A stretch of 59,182 bases of DNA from Candidatus Magasanikbacteria bacterium RIFOXYD1_FULL_40_23 (GCA_001783215.1 MFRA01000002.1:1-59182), one strand, 5' to 3'; shown: positions 28,211-38,229, counted from the stretch's first letter. A program made the numbers and translations. Notes: generated by a model not told the origin, from the sequence alone.

Positions 28211-30466
28211 ATGAAAAACCTAGTCATCGTAGAATCTCCTACAAAAGCCAAAACAATTTCCAAATTCTTGGGCAGAAACTTTGTCGTAAAGTCTTCTTTT
28301 GGCCATGTGCGCGATCTACCAAAAAGCAAACTGGGGGTAGATGTAGAAAATAATTTTGAACCTCATTATATAGTAAGCCGAGATAAATCCAAAGTTGCCA
28401 AAGAACTAAAAGATGCGGCCAAAAAATGCGATGGCATCCTATTCGCTACCGATGAGGACCGAGAAGGAGAAGCTATCTCTTGGCACTTAGCCAATATACT
28501 GGGAATTGAACCAAAAGATGCCAAACGCATTGTTTTCCATGAAATTACCAAAACCGCCATCATGCACGCTTTAGAAAATCCAAGACCATTGGATTTAAAA
28601 ATGGTAGACGCGCAACAAGCTCGCAGAATATTGGACAGATTGGTAGGCTACGAATTATCTCCGTTTTTGTGGCGCAAGGTAGCCAAAGGTTTATCGGCTG
28701 GCCGTGTACAATCGGTAGCTGTACGATTAATTGTAGAACGAGAAAGAGAAATCAAAGCTTTTAATCCAGAAGAGTACTGGAGCATAGAAGGTGCTTTTAC
28801 CCCAGATTCCAAAGAGATTTTTACCGGTAAACTTTACGCTATAAAAGATAAAAAAATAGACAAGCTAGATATTAAAACCAAGGCCGAGATAGATAAAATT
28901 TTGGCTGATTTAGAAAAAACTACATATAAAGTAGAAAGTGTAGAAGAGAAAAAAACAAAACGCTTACCTTCTCCCCCATTTACTACTTCCACCTTGCAAC
29001 AAGAGGCCAACAGCCATCTTGGTTTTTCTGCCAAACAAACTATGCGTTTGGCGCAACAGCTATACGAAGGTATTGCCCTTGGCACCGAAGGATCCGTAGG
29101 TTTGATTACCTACATGCGTACCGACGCAGTAAATCTGTCCGAGAAATTCTTGGCTGAAGCCAAAGAAGTAATTGGCACTAATTTTGGTAAAAAATACCAA
29201 CTAGCAACCCCTAGATTTTATAATAACAAAAGTAAAAATGCTCAAGAAGCGCACGAAGCCGTACGCCCTACCGAAGCTATACGCACCCCAGAATCTATTG
29301 AGCAATACCTAGATAGACAACAATTTAGACTATACGACCTTATCTGGAGACGCGCTATGGCCACTCAAATGGCCCCTGCAGAGCTTAATGCCACCACCAT
29401 AGACATATCTAGCAGCAATGATTACAAGTTCCGAGCCAACGGCCAAACTATTGTTTTTGATGGTTTCCTAAAGTTATTCCCAGACCGTGCCAAAGAAAAC
29501 CTTTTGCCGGTAATAAAAACCAACGAAACTTTGACCTGTACGGAACTTAAACCAGAACAACACTTTACCGAACCTCCAGCCAGATACTCGGATGCTACTT
29601 TGGTAAAAGCGATGGAAAATTATGGCATTGGCCGCCCTTCTACTTACGCTCCTACTATTTCTACTATAGAAGACCGAGGCTACATAGAACGCAACGAACA
29701 AAAACGCTTTGCTCCAAAAGATATCGCCTATATTGTAAACGATTTACTTGTTGAACACTTCTTCCACGTGGTGGATTATCAATTCACTGCCGAGATGGAA
29801 AACAACTTAGACGAAATTGCTCACGGCAAAAAAGAATGGCGTCCGGTAATTAGCGCTTTTTGGAAACCATTCAAAGAAAATTTGGATAAAAAAGAAATAG
29901 AAATAGACAAAAAAGTTCTCACCGAAGAGAAATCCGATGAAAAATGCAAGAAGTGCAATTCGGATATGATTATTAAAACTGGACGCTTTGGTAAATATTT
30001 GGCTTGTACCAAATATCCAGAATGCAAAACAACCAAATCTTTAAACGCCGAAGAAGCCAAACAACAAGAAGCGATAGAAGAAGCCAACGAAAAGTGTGAA
30101 AAGTGTGGTGAACCAATGACTCTACGCCGCGGACGATTTGGCCCATTCTTGGGCTGTTCCGGCTACCCAAAATGCAAGAACATAAAAAACATAGAAGTAA
30201 AAATGAACATGAAGTGCCCAAAGTGCGGCCAGGGCGATATTGTGCAGCGCCGCAGCAAGCGAGGCAAGCCGTTCTATAGCTGCAATCGTTACCCGGATTG
30301 TGAATATGCATTGTGGGAAAAACCAACTGGCGAATTCTGCCCAACCTGCAAACAACCACTTACCTACGCACCAAAAGGTGTAATCAAATGCTCCAGCAAA
30401 GAATGCGACTTCAAGAAAAATACAGAGGAATCAGCTCCGTCTGAATCGGCACCAACAGAAGAATAA
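28211..30466 (+). CDS. topA: DNA topoisomerase I
   Basis: IVESPTK, ATDEDREGE, SAGRVQS, ITYMRTD, C-terminal zinc ribbons. Confidence 0.98.
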   Translation: MKNLVIVESPTKAKTISKFLGRNFVVKSSFGHVRDLPKSKLGVDVENNFEPHYIVSRDKSKVAKELKDAAKKCDGILFATDEDREGEAISWHLANILGIEPKDAKRIVFHEITKTAIMHALENPRPLDLKMVDAQQARRILDRLVGYELSPFLWRKVAKGLSAGRVQSVAVRLIVEREREIKAFNPEEYWSIEGAFTPDSKEIFTGKLYAIKDKKIDKLDIKTKAEIDKILADLEKTTYKVESVEEKKTKRLPSPPFTTSTLQQEANSHLGFSAKQTMRLAQQLYEGIALGTEGSVGLITYMRTDAVNLSEKFLAEAKEVIGTNFGKKYQLATPRFYNNKSKNAQEAHEAVRPTEAIRTPESIEQYLDRQQFRLYDLIWRRAMATQMAPAELNATTIDISSSNDYKFRANGQTIVFDGFLKLFPDRAKENLLPVIKTNETLTCTELKPEQHFTEPPARYSDATLVKAMENYGIGRPSTYAPTISTIEDRGYIERNEQKRFAPKDIAYIVNDLLVEHFFHVVDYQFTAEMENNLDEIAHGKKEWRPVISAFWKPFKENLDKKEIEIDKKVLTEEKSDEKCKKCNSDMIIKTGRFGKYLACTKYPECKTTKSLNAEEAKQQEAIEEANEKCEKCGEPMTLRRGRFGPFLGCSGYPKCKNIKNIEVKMNMKCPKCGQGDIVQRRSKRGKPFYSCNRYPDCEYALWEKPTGEFCPTCKQPLTYAPKGVIKCSSKECDFKKNTEESAPSESAPTEE

Positions 30467-30577
30467 GCCCGACTTTCTGCCTATAACAGAAAGTACCTGG
30501 GCGGGCTTTTTAGACAAAGTATCAGCTCCGCCGATATATACCGCATTTCGCCCTTCATTTCATTACGGACACTAATA

Positions 30578-30613
30578 AATAAAAAATCCCCTAATGTTAG
30601 GGGATTTTTTATT
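30578..30613. terminator. Bidirectional intrinsic terminator
   Basis: aaaaaatccccta-atgt-taggggatttttt. Confidence 0.75.
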
Positions 30614-30619
30614 ACAAAT

Positions 30620-31120
30620 TTATTTTTTAACAGAATAAGCAACCATGCTAAGACCGTTTTTTATATATTCTTTTTGCAATTTCATACCAATTTTTTCTGC
30701 CACCTTTCTAGAAGCAAAATTTTCTGCCCTAATATCTCCACCTAACTCTTCAAGCCCCAACACATTAAAACCATAATCTCTGCAAGCAGTCGCCGCTTCG
30801 GTGGCATATCCCATTTTCCAATAGCCCCGTCGGATATGATATCCGATCTCCGGTTTTTCTTCACCATCAATATTTTGAATAGTTATTCCACAATCACCAA
30901 TAAATTCGTCTGTGTCTTTGCGCACCACAGCCCACAAACCAAAACTATTCTTTTTATACCGTTCAATATTTTTTTCTATCCACTGTTTTGTTTCCTCTCT
31001 AGTTTTAACTGACGGATAAAATTGCATGGTAATTGGATCCGCAAAAATTGTAGCCAGGGCATCTACATCGTCTAAAGTAAATTCTCTTAATTGTAGCCGC
31101 TCTGTTTCTAAAATATGCAT
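30620..31120 (-). CDS. GNAT acetyltransferase (RimJ/RimL family)
   Basis: LETERLQLR, EIGY, YWKMGYATEAA, NFASRKVAEKIG. Confidence 0.9.
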   Translation of the reverse strand: MHILETERLQLREFTLDDVDALATIFADPITMQFYPSVKTREETKQWIEKNIERYKKNSFGLWAVVRKDTDEFIGDCGITIQNIDGEEKPEIGYHIRRGYWKMGYATEAATACRDYGFNVLGLEELGGDIRAENFASRKVAEKIGMKLQKEYIKNGLSMVAYSVKK

Positions 31121-31132
31121 ACTTAATGTAAT

Positions 31133-32146
31133 TTAAAACAATCTGCGCAGTCTTCTCAAAATATTATAAATAATATATTTATTTTTATTTATTAACAAAT
31201 CAAACGTCCCTGGTGCTTGGCGCGGAGCACCGCCAAAACCAAGCTTAAATCTGGTTACACCAGCATACTGATGTTTTAAATCATAATTGTATTCTATTTT
31301 CTGTATTCTATTTTCTAAATTCTTACTTGGAGCCACCCCAAAAAAATCATATTCTTTACAGCCAAAAGATTTACCCATTTTGACCCCTTCCCATTGCAGC
31401 AAATACGGCGCCATTAGATTTCTGTATTCATAATCTGACGCGCCATAAAGATATGTAAACGTATTACCAAAACGCACAAACACAGCGCAGGCTACAGCAT
31501 TTTTGTCTTCATAGGCTGTTAACTGATTTATAATTGGAGATTGCAAAACTTTGGCATAATGCTCTTTGTGATGCAAGCCAAACTTGTCGCGACTGCCGGT
31601 TTTATTCATCAGACCCCAAAATACTTCTAAATTTTTGTCTTGGCTAATCTTTAAATTCTTTTTTTCTGCCAAATGAATATTGTATCTGGTTTTTGAGTGC
31701 ATGCCGGCGAGAAGCTGATCCTCTGTTTTATTTAAACCCAAGATTAGCGTGGCGGAAGGGTTAATATCAATACTTTTTTGAAGCATGAAGCTTGAATTAT
31801 GAATGATAGAAGATGGTTCAGTCCTAAAAAATATAACATTTTTTTCTTTCAAAAAATTCGCAATTGTTTCGTATATTCTTACTTCCTGATTCTTACTTCC
31901 TGATTCATCGCTCGTCGGTCCTTTTGGACAAAAAGCATACTGCCAACCAAAAAATATAGGAGTATAGATAAGCTGTGCTTGTGCCAAAACCCTGCCGCCT
32001 TCCACCACAGCCAGCCTCTCTACATTTTTTCCTTCTGCAATTAAAACATCACCCCATGCCCATGATTGGAGAAAGTTACTTGTGCCCTGACCTCGCAAAA
32101 ACCATCCATCCCACTCTTCTTTATTTTGTATTATTTTTATTTCCAT
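31133..32146 (-). CDS. FemABX-family peptidoglycan bridge peptidyltransferase
   Basis: FLQSWAWG, PKGP, KTRYNI, YLYGAS, YDFFGV, FKLGFGG. Confidence 0.9.
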   Translation of the reverse strand: MEIKIIQNKEEWDGWFLRGQGTSNFLQSWAWGDVLIAEGKNVERLAVVEGGRVLAQAQLIYTPIFFGWQYAFCPKGPTSDESGSKNQEVRIYETIANFLKEKNVIFFRTEPSSIIHNSSFMLQKSIDINPSATLILGLNKTEDQLLAGMHSKTRYNIHLAEKKNLKISQDKNLEVFWGLMNKTGSRDKFGLHHKEHYAKVLQSPIINQLTAYEDKNAVACAVFVRFGNTFTYLYGASDYEYRNLMAPYLLQWEGVKMGKSFGCKEYDFFGVAPSKNLENRIQKIEYNYDLKHQYAGVTRFKLGFGGAPRQAPGTFDLLINKNKYIIYNILRRLRRLF

Positions 32147-32237
32147 GTGCGTATCTTACCTAAGACTAGATGAAAAATCAAATTAAAAAGACCCCGCTAA
32201 TTTCAAGGTCTTTTCAATTTTTTATTAATTTAAATTT

Positions 32238-33203
32238 TTACGAAGCTTCTACTTCGTCGTTATATTTCTTTATTGCTTCTTGAACTTTTCCATACACATC
32301 TCGCAGCTGCCTGCCTTTGGATGAAAAAATTGCTCGTAGTGGCGGAGGTGTAACAGTAGTCAAATCCAACGCTGCCACAGCATCTTCCGCACCTTTATGC
32401 AGCTTGCTTATAGCTTTTGGATCATACTCTATATAAAGTTTGGAGTAAGCGAGAATTGCGTTCTCGGCAAAAATTTTGGCATTTTTTACCTTGTCTGTTT
32501 CTGCCGGCGCTTCTCTTTTTTGAACCGAAGTTTCTTTGGCGGAAACTGATTTTTTAACCCTGCTTCGGCTAACACTATCTTCATTAGCAGATTTAAAGCC
32601 CGCTTTTATTTCTTCATCTAATTTTTTTACTTCTGCTTGTTTAGCAGAATTGGCAATAGAGTCTCTTATCCTATCAAGGTCGTTCACTTCCTCTGCTTCG
32701 TCTATAAAATTTTGTCTGGCGTTATTCAAATCTTCTCGAGCTTGTTCCAGCTCACTTTTTGCATTTTTCTTAGATTTTTCACGCTCAGCCACCACTTCTG
32801 GATCGTTATGGCTTTCAGACAAAGCCCTCACCTCTGCTAGAGCTTCTCCTGTTGGAGTAGATATGTCTCTTACCATTTGCAAAGCATCTTTTGTATCTTG
32901 CGAAGGTTCGACTGCTTTCCGAGAATTTTCCACTCTTTTACGACTATTCTCCTTATGGTCTTCTGGGGTTAATAATTTTGCCTTTGGTTTTCTTTTAAAA
33001 ACTTTTGTTGGTTCATCCGAAAAATCATCCTCTGGAAGAACGGCTTTTTCTGCTTTTATTTCTGTAGGAGGAACTACATCTTTTGTTTTTGCCTTCAATC
33101 TAACCACATCTCCCGGCTCTAACCCGGCTTTTTCTAAAGGGCTCAAATCTACCGCTTCGTACCCATTATTTTGTTGGCCTGTCTCGCTTGTACCTCTGCG
33201 CAT
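32238..33203 (-). CDS. Hypothetical highly charged protein
   Basis: 321-aa Lys/Glu-rich ORF, largely helical or disordered. Confidence 0.65.
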   Translation of the reverse strand: MRRGTSETGQQNNGYEAVDLSPLEKAGLEPGDVVRLKAKTKDVVPPTEIKAEKAVLPEDDFSDEPTKVFKRKPKAKLLTPEDHKENSRKRVENSRKAVEPSQDTKDALQMVRDISTPTGEALAEVRALSESHNDPEVVAEREKSKKNAKSELEQAREDLNNARQNFIDEAEEVNDLDRIRDSIANSAKQAEVKKLDEEIKAGFKSANEDSVSRSRVKKSVSAKETSVQKREAPAETDKVKNAKIFAENAILAYSKLYIEYDPKAISKLHKGAEDAVAALDLTTVTPPPLRAIFSSKGRQLRDVYGKVQEAIKKYNDEVEAS

Positions 33204-33447
33204 ATAGACTAAGTTAAAAAATATAAATTTACCTAAATATTATACCATATTTTTGAGAAAAAGTAAATAATAAAAATGGGGTTTTACCTTATTTTCAAGT
33301 CAAACTAGCATGGAGAAAACTCGCTTTCTTCCCTAGATAAACGAAGAAAATGCGTGCAAATCCCATGTTTTAGCCTATCTCTTGCCAAAATAATCAATTT
33401 GGTGTAGTATATGACTTATTAATTACCTTGCTTTAAACTAAAATTAT

Positions 33448-33663
33448 ATGGGCTTACCTGGTCATAGACGTACGTCTTCTCACAAACGCCGCCGCGCCGC
33501 ACACTTTGCTTTGACAGAAACCACCTTCAACGCCTGTCCAAAATGCAAAAAACCTCTTCGCCCACACCGAGCTTGTGCTTTTTGTGGCACCTATAAGGGC
33601 AAAAGCGTAGTCAACGTAGACAAGCGCACCGCTCGTACTGGCCGAAAAACAAAGGCCAAATAA
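33448..33663 (+). CDS. rpmF: 50S ribosomal protein L32
   Basis: RRRAAH, CPKC..RPHRACAFCGTY. Confidence 0.96.
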   Translation: MGLPGHRRTSSHKRRRAAHFALTETTFNACPKCKKPLRPHRACAFCGTYKGKSVVNVDKRTARTGRKTKAK

Positions 33664-33721
33664 TCAATCCCCCTCTCCAATAACTGATAAGTAGCATTAT
33701 CTTTAAATTCTTCGTGGTTCT

Positions 33722-34180
33722 ATGTCTAATCGCCATTTAGCAAGAAGCATCGCCATGCAAGCTCTATTTGAATGGGATTTCCGAGGCAAATCGGAGAGTA
33801 GTTTGCCAAATATAATGGAAAGAGACCTAAAGGAATTCGGCCCGGGCTTGGCAGAAACAGAGTTTGCCAAAAAAATTATAGACGAAGTAAAAGAACACAT
33901 GGAGGAAATAGATAAGATTATTGAACAGTACGCTCCTCAATGGCCAATAGATCAAATTACTATCATTGATCGCAACGTGCTACGCATTGGTATTTACGAA
34001 CTAAAACTAAACCGCGAAGTTCCTCCAAAAGTGGCTATAAACGAAGCTATAGAACTAGCCAAAAACTTTGGCGGGCCATCTTCCGGAAAATTCGTAAACG
34101 GAGTGCTGGGAGCAATATACAAAGATTTACTAGGTGAAGATCACCAAGAAACAACGAGCACAGATAAGGCACAACAGTAG
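33722..34180 (+). CDS. nusB: Transcription antitermination factor NusB
   Basis: [33 protein letters not shown]. Confidence 0.96.
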   Translation: MSNRHLARSIAMQALFEWDFRGKSESSLPNIMERDLKEFGPGLAETEFAKKIIDEVKEHMEEIDKIIEQYAPQWPIDQITIIDRNVLRIGIYELKLNREVPPKVAINEAIELAKNFGGPSSGKFVNGVLGAIYKDLLGEDHQETTSTDKAQQ

Positions 34181-34182
34181 CT

Positions 34183-34956
34183 ATGTCAAAAGAAATTTAT
34201 AGCACACCAGAAATAAAAGAAAAAGATTTTCCTGGTTTGCAAGAAAAATTAAATATTAAATTTAAAAAACCCGAACTTCTAGTTCAGGCTTTTGTGCACC
34301 GTTCTTACCTAAACGAACATCACGATTTTGTAGTCGGGCACAATGAACGCTTAGAATTTTTGGGAGACGCAGTACTGGAATTAATCGTTACTGAATTTCT
34401 TTTCAAAGAATTTGGCAACCCAGAAGGCGAACTTACCAACTGGCGCGCTGCGCTGGTTAACGCCAAAATACTCGCAAGTATCGCTTATGAAATTGGCATG
34501 GAAGAATACCTTTTCCTAAGCCATGGCGAAGCCAAAGACGCTGGCACAAAAGCCAGAGATTACATTATGGCCAACGCTATAGAGGCTTTGATTGGGTCTA
34601 TTTATTTGGACCAAGGATACGAAGTTACCCAACAATTTATCGGCCAATGGGTTTTACCAAAACTACCCTACATTTTAGAAAATGGATTATATCTAGATGC
34701 CAAAAGCCGCTTTCAAGAATCTGCTCAGGAAATAGAAGGCATTACCCCTACCTACAAAGTTTTACATGAAGAAGGCCCAGACCATATCCGATCGTTCAAA
34801 ATCGGCGTATACTTGGGCAAAGATTTGGTAGCAAGCGGAGAAGGTACAAGCAAACAAGAAGGCCAAACCGAAGCAGCCGAAGCAGCCTTAAAAATAAAAG
34901 GTTGGAAGGGTCCAAAGGTAAATATTATAAAAAGAAAAGAAGGAGACCCGCTTTAG
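34183..34956 (+). CDS. rnc: Ribonuclease III
   Basis: NERLEFLGDAVL signature plus dsRBD. Confidence 0.97.
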   Translation: MSKEIYSTPEIKEKDFPGLQEKLNIKFKKPELLVQAFVHRSYLNEHHDFVVGHNERLEFLGDAVLELIVTEFLFKEFGNPEGELTNWRAALVNAKILASIAYEIGMEEYLFLSHGEAKDAGTKARDYIMANAIEALIGSIYLDQGYEVTQQFIGQWVLPKLPYILENGLYLDAKSRFQESAQEIEGITPTYKVLHEEGPDHIRSFKIGVYLGKDLVASGEGTSKQEGQTEAAEAALKIKGWKGPKVNIIKRKEGDPL

Positions 34957-34964
34957 TCATACCA

Positions 34965-35037
34965 GGGTCGGTAGCTCAGCTGGTAGAGCAGATCCCTCTT
35001 AAGGATAAGGTCCTGGGTTCGATCCCCAGCCGACCCA
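34965..35037 (+). tRNA. tRNA-Lys(CTT)
   Basis: GGGTCGG/CCGACCC acceptor, anticodon loop CT-CTT-AA, GTTCGA T-loop. Confidence 0.93.
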
Positions 35038-35039
35038 CT

Positions 35040-35073
35040 AAACTAGAACTCCCGCAAGGGAGTTTTTAGTTTT
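35040..35073 (+). terminator. Intrinsic terminator after tRNA-Lys
   Basis: aactccc-gcaa-gggagtt followed by a T-run. Confidence 0.8.
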
Positions 35074-35140
35074 GTGGGTCGAGCGAGCAAACTGCTTTGC
35101 TTAAAAAAATCCACCCAATTGTCAGTTGAGTGGAAGCCGC

Positions 35141-36205
35141 CTAAAGATAAAAGGGCCAATAGCGCTTTTGAGCCGACGGATCGGCATCATAAACCAAGAA
35201 CTCACCAGTTGTGGCACACATGGCCACCGTGGCCAACGTCACACTTGCACCCGCCTTACGAAACAGTACTGGATGATTCGCAAAAAGATAAATTCCTTCT
35301 TGGAGGTTTTTCGGCAACTCGTTCGGCTTAAAGTTTGCCAAAACATCGTACCGCTCAAAGCTGTTGGGTGAAGCTGCAATAGCTGGATCAGGCAAGTGCA
35401 AACCCAAGCGCCCGGGTGGAACGTGGTTCGTGCAATAGAACACGTCTTGGATTGGAAGCAAATCCATCTCCAATTTAGCTGTCTTGAGGTTAGAAACCAT
35501 CAAAGAAACTGCCTCGCCAGTTCGTCCACATACCACCACATAACCAGTGGTCACAGCATTGGGCTGCAAACTCAGCCAAGTCTTGGCTCCACGCATACTT
35601 TGGGTAAGCGAAGCGCGACAATGCAAGACCTGCTTAGGCCATCCAGGCTGTGCCAATGGATGAAACCCATTATTGGTGATACCAATACGAGCGGCATTAA
35701 GAGATCCTGCCAGATTAAATAGCTGGCCCGAATAGGTCAAACCGACCGATCGCAGAAAGCCATCAAATACCACATCCAGAAGCACCATATTACTACGATT
35801 ATGCTCTTCAAAATCTTCATTATGAACATGTCTGATAGCACCGTCGGAAAAACGCCCAACCCAAGTTGAACACTTATCTGGCGGAATGATACCAGCTTCG
35901 GAAGAAACCTCTTCCGTAAAAGATGTAACGGCAATTACACTTTCATCAACGCTGGCACCTTTTGCTTGCGCACGAAGATATATACCGCTAGGCTTCCATA
36001 TCTCTTCACCCTTACGCAGATAAAACTGCGCCCGATCGTGAATAAGAGACCTTCTCTTCTCTATCTGCATCCCATGTCCAACCATAGTATGCTTAAGCAG
36101 ATACTCCATACCGCGATTGTACACCTCTGGGATATCGCTTCTACACTCTTCTCCTACTTGAAGAGCTACCTCGTAGAACGAGCCACGAGCTTGAACAAAA
36201 CGCAT
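35141..36205 (-). CDS. C45-family Ntn hydrolase (acyl-CoA:6-APA acyltransferase-like)
   Basis: KC|ST nucleophile site, HNED, GSLN..IGITNN, CTNH; ATG 36205 follows an AAAGGAG SD. Confidence 0.8.
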   Translation of the reverse strand: MRFVQARGSFYEVALQVGEECRSDIPEVYNRGMEYLLKHTMVGHGMQIEKRRSLIHDRAQFYLRKGEEIWKPSGIYLRAQAKGASVDESVIAVTSFTEEVSSEAGIIPPDKCSTWVGRFSDGAIRHVHNEDFEEHNRSNMVLLDVVFDGFLRSVGLTYSGQLFNLAGSLNAARIGITNNGFHPLAQPGWPKQVLHCRASLTQSMRGAKTWLSLQPNAVTTGYVVVCGRTGEAVSLMVSNLKTAKLEMDLLPIQDVFYCTNHVPPGRLGLHLPDPAIAASPNSFERYDVLANFKPNELPKNLQEGIYLFANHPVLFRKAGASVTLATVAMCATTGEFLVYDADPSAQKRYWPFYL

Positions 36206-36364
36206 GACACGCTCCTTTGTCAAAAAACGTCTACTTATTTAATGGAACCATACAAACAAATTTACTGTCAAATAAATCACCAAATTTGCATAGGTTTAGC
36301 AGGGTTGAAATTTAATTCATTAAATGATATATTGACCCTATTCTAAACAGACAAAAGATTACTC

Positions 36365-36436
36365 GCCCCTATAGTTTAATGGATAGAATGTCAGGCTTCG
36401 AACCTGAAGATGGGAGTTCGATTCTCTCTGGGGGCA
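36365..36436 (+). tRNA. tRNA-Arg(TCG)
   Basis: GCCCCTA/TGGGGGC acceptor, TCAGG-CT-TCG-AA-CCTGA anticodon arm. Confidence 0.93.
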
Positions 36437-36797
36437 CAATAAATAACGACCCAATAGTTTGGGTCGTTATTTATTTGGTTACCTAGGAGAATCGAACGCC
36501 GGAGCGATGTTCGGCGACGCAAGCGAGCGAGCCGAACCGCGAGGCGGCCCGCCCGGATGAATCCGTTTGGACGGGTGGCTAGACAAAATTTTCGGAAGAA
36601 AATTTTAGTCGAAGCCGATTCTTCCACAGAGGGGCACCACGCTTAGCGTCCCACGCACCAAACATAGCACAAATTAACAACCTAAAAAACGATTTAAAAT
36701 TACAAATCGTTTTTTTGTTGGCATAGATAAAAATTACTGATACACTAACTTATGGTTAGATCATTGACAAAAAATCTCAAACAAGGGGAGGTTTACC

Positions 36798-37646
36798 TTG
36801 AAAGAGAAAACAGGAAAGATCACCAGCTATCAGGACTTGATTTTTGGATACAGACATACAGACCATCGCCTTCATACTTATGGCAAAGTAAAAGAAGACG
36901 ATAAAAAATATACCCTTTACAAAATCATAGCCAATGCACGCTACAAAAAAACCTTGCTTATCACTACCGGTTTCCATGGCGAAGAATTCAATGCACCGAT
37001 CGCGCTTTTACATACTTTTGACAAAATAGTTACCTACGCCAAAAAAAGGCGCGTGCGACTAATTGTGTATCCATGTGTTAATCCTTCCGGGTTTGATTTG
37101 CGCCAGCGCTACAATGCCAGCGACGAACAACCCAACAATGACTTCATGCGCTATGTAATGGAAAATGGAGAAGAGCTAGGTGTTCTAGAAAAAGACGAAC
37201 ATTTTGTTCACTATAATATCGTAGATTCTCCAGCTAAAGAAGTTAAGCTACTCAAAAAAGATATTTTGAAATATCTACTTATTCCCCCTGACGGAATGAT
37301 AGATCTTCATCAACAAGAGGGATCGCTGGAAAACGGCGAAATTTATGCGTACGTTTTTGATCGCACACCACTTTACCGACGCATTATGAGAAAACTAGGA
37401 AAAATTGCTCCCATAGCTAAGAATGACTTATGTACAAGCAACGAAGATAGACGAGAAGTGTTTTATCGGATAAATGAAGATGGTTTGATTGTTTTGCATG
37501 ATGGAACTATTACCGACTTGTTCTACCAGAAAGGTTCCAAGTTTGTAGTAACCTCCGAAACTAAAACAACTATGCCCTTAGAAAAAGTTGCTGCCATCAA
37601 CTTAATTTGGATAAAAGAGCTAATCAACCTCATAGCCAGCAAATAA
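36798..37646 (+). CDS. M14-like zinc carboxypeptidase / succinylglutamate desuccinylase-like protein
   Basis: GFHGEE, NPSG, DLH and late catalytic Glu; TTG start with GGGGAGGT SD. Confidence 0.78.
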   Translation: MKEKTGKITSYQDLIFGYRHTDHRLHTYGKVKEDDKKYTLYKIIANARYKKTLLITTGFHGEEFNAPIALLHTFDKIVTYAKKRRVRLIVYPCVNPSGFDLRQRYNASDEQPNNDFMRYVMENGEELGVLEKDEHFVHYNIVDSPAKEVKLLKKDILKYLLIPPDGMIDLHQQEGSLENGEIYAYVFDRTPLYRRIMRKLGKIAPIAKNDLCTSNEDRREVFYRINEDGLIVLHDGTITDLFYQKGSKFVVTSETKTTMPLEKVAAINLIWIKELINLIASK

Positions 37647-37785
37647 TGCCCCACTTTCACAAAAGGTGGGGTTCGTTAATTTTATTGAAATTTCTATAAA
37701 GTGAATAACTCATTTTTAAAAACAATTGACAGTCAACGAAGATAGGAATAAAATCTTATTTAGTCTGTAACAAGGGGGCTCTGCA

Positions 37786-37881
37786 ATGCACCGAGGGAAG
37801 CTGGCACCAAAACTTGAATTCTACTGCTATGGTACCATCGCTTATTTCGCCTACAGATTTTTTCAAGGCTTGGGGCTATAG
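37786..37881 (+). CDS. Putative 31-aa hydrophobic peptide (not in ORF track)
   Basis: MHRGKLAPKLEFYCYGTIAYFAYRFFQGLGL; AAGGGGG SD; promoter TTGACA-N17-TAAAAT at 37726-37754. Confidence 0.5.
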   Translation: MHRGKLAPKLEFYCYGTIAYFAYRFFQGLGL

Positions 37882-38070
37882 GCAAGGCACTAGCCATACC
37901 CGTCACACAACGGACACGGCATCTTGCTGAAACCATTTCTTAACTAGGCCCACCAAGGGCGCCAAACACGATGACAGGGTTGCTCGGCCTGTCGTGTTTC
38001 TCTACTATATTTACCGAGCAACATAAAAATACCCAGATTAATTTCGGGGTATTTTTATTTTAGAGTTAAA

Positions 38071-38129
38071 TTGACCATGTTAAATACGGCAAAGCCGTCT
38101 GCCTTTGGCAGAATTTAACATGGTTGACA
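38071..38129. repeat. REP-like hairpin (CC.GTTAAAT...ATTTAAC.GG family) ending in a -35 box
   Basis: ccatgttaaat-acggcaaagccgt-ctgcctttggcag-aatttaacatgg flanked by TTGAC; homologous to 17603-17655. Confidence 0.75.
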
Positions 38130-38229
38130 AAATGCCAAAATAGGAGTAAAATTGGCCTTGTCAGGCTTGAAATATGCCTCTTTCCCCTCATTACTTAGCC
38201 AAAATGAGTCATGGGGGGAGGGAAACTAT

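Noticed and set aside
32536-33207. 223-aa plus-strand ORF
   Set aside because: Ser/Phe/Leu-rich antisense shadow of 32238-33203
36391-36627. 78-aa minus-strand ORF
   Set aside because: Overlaps tRNA-Arg and its structured flank; likely spurious
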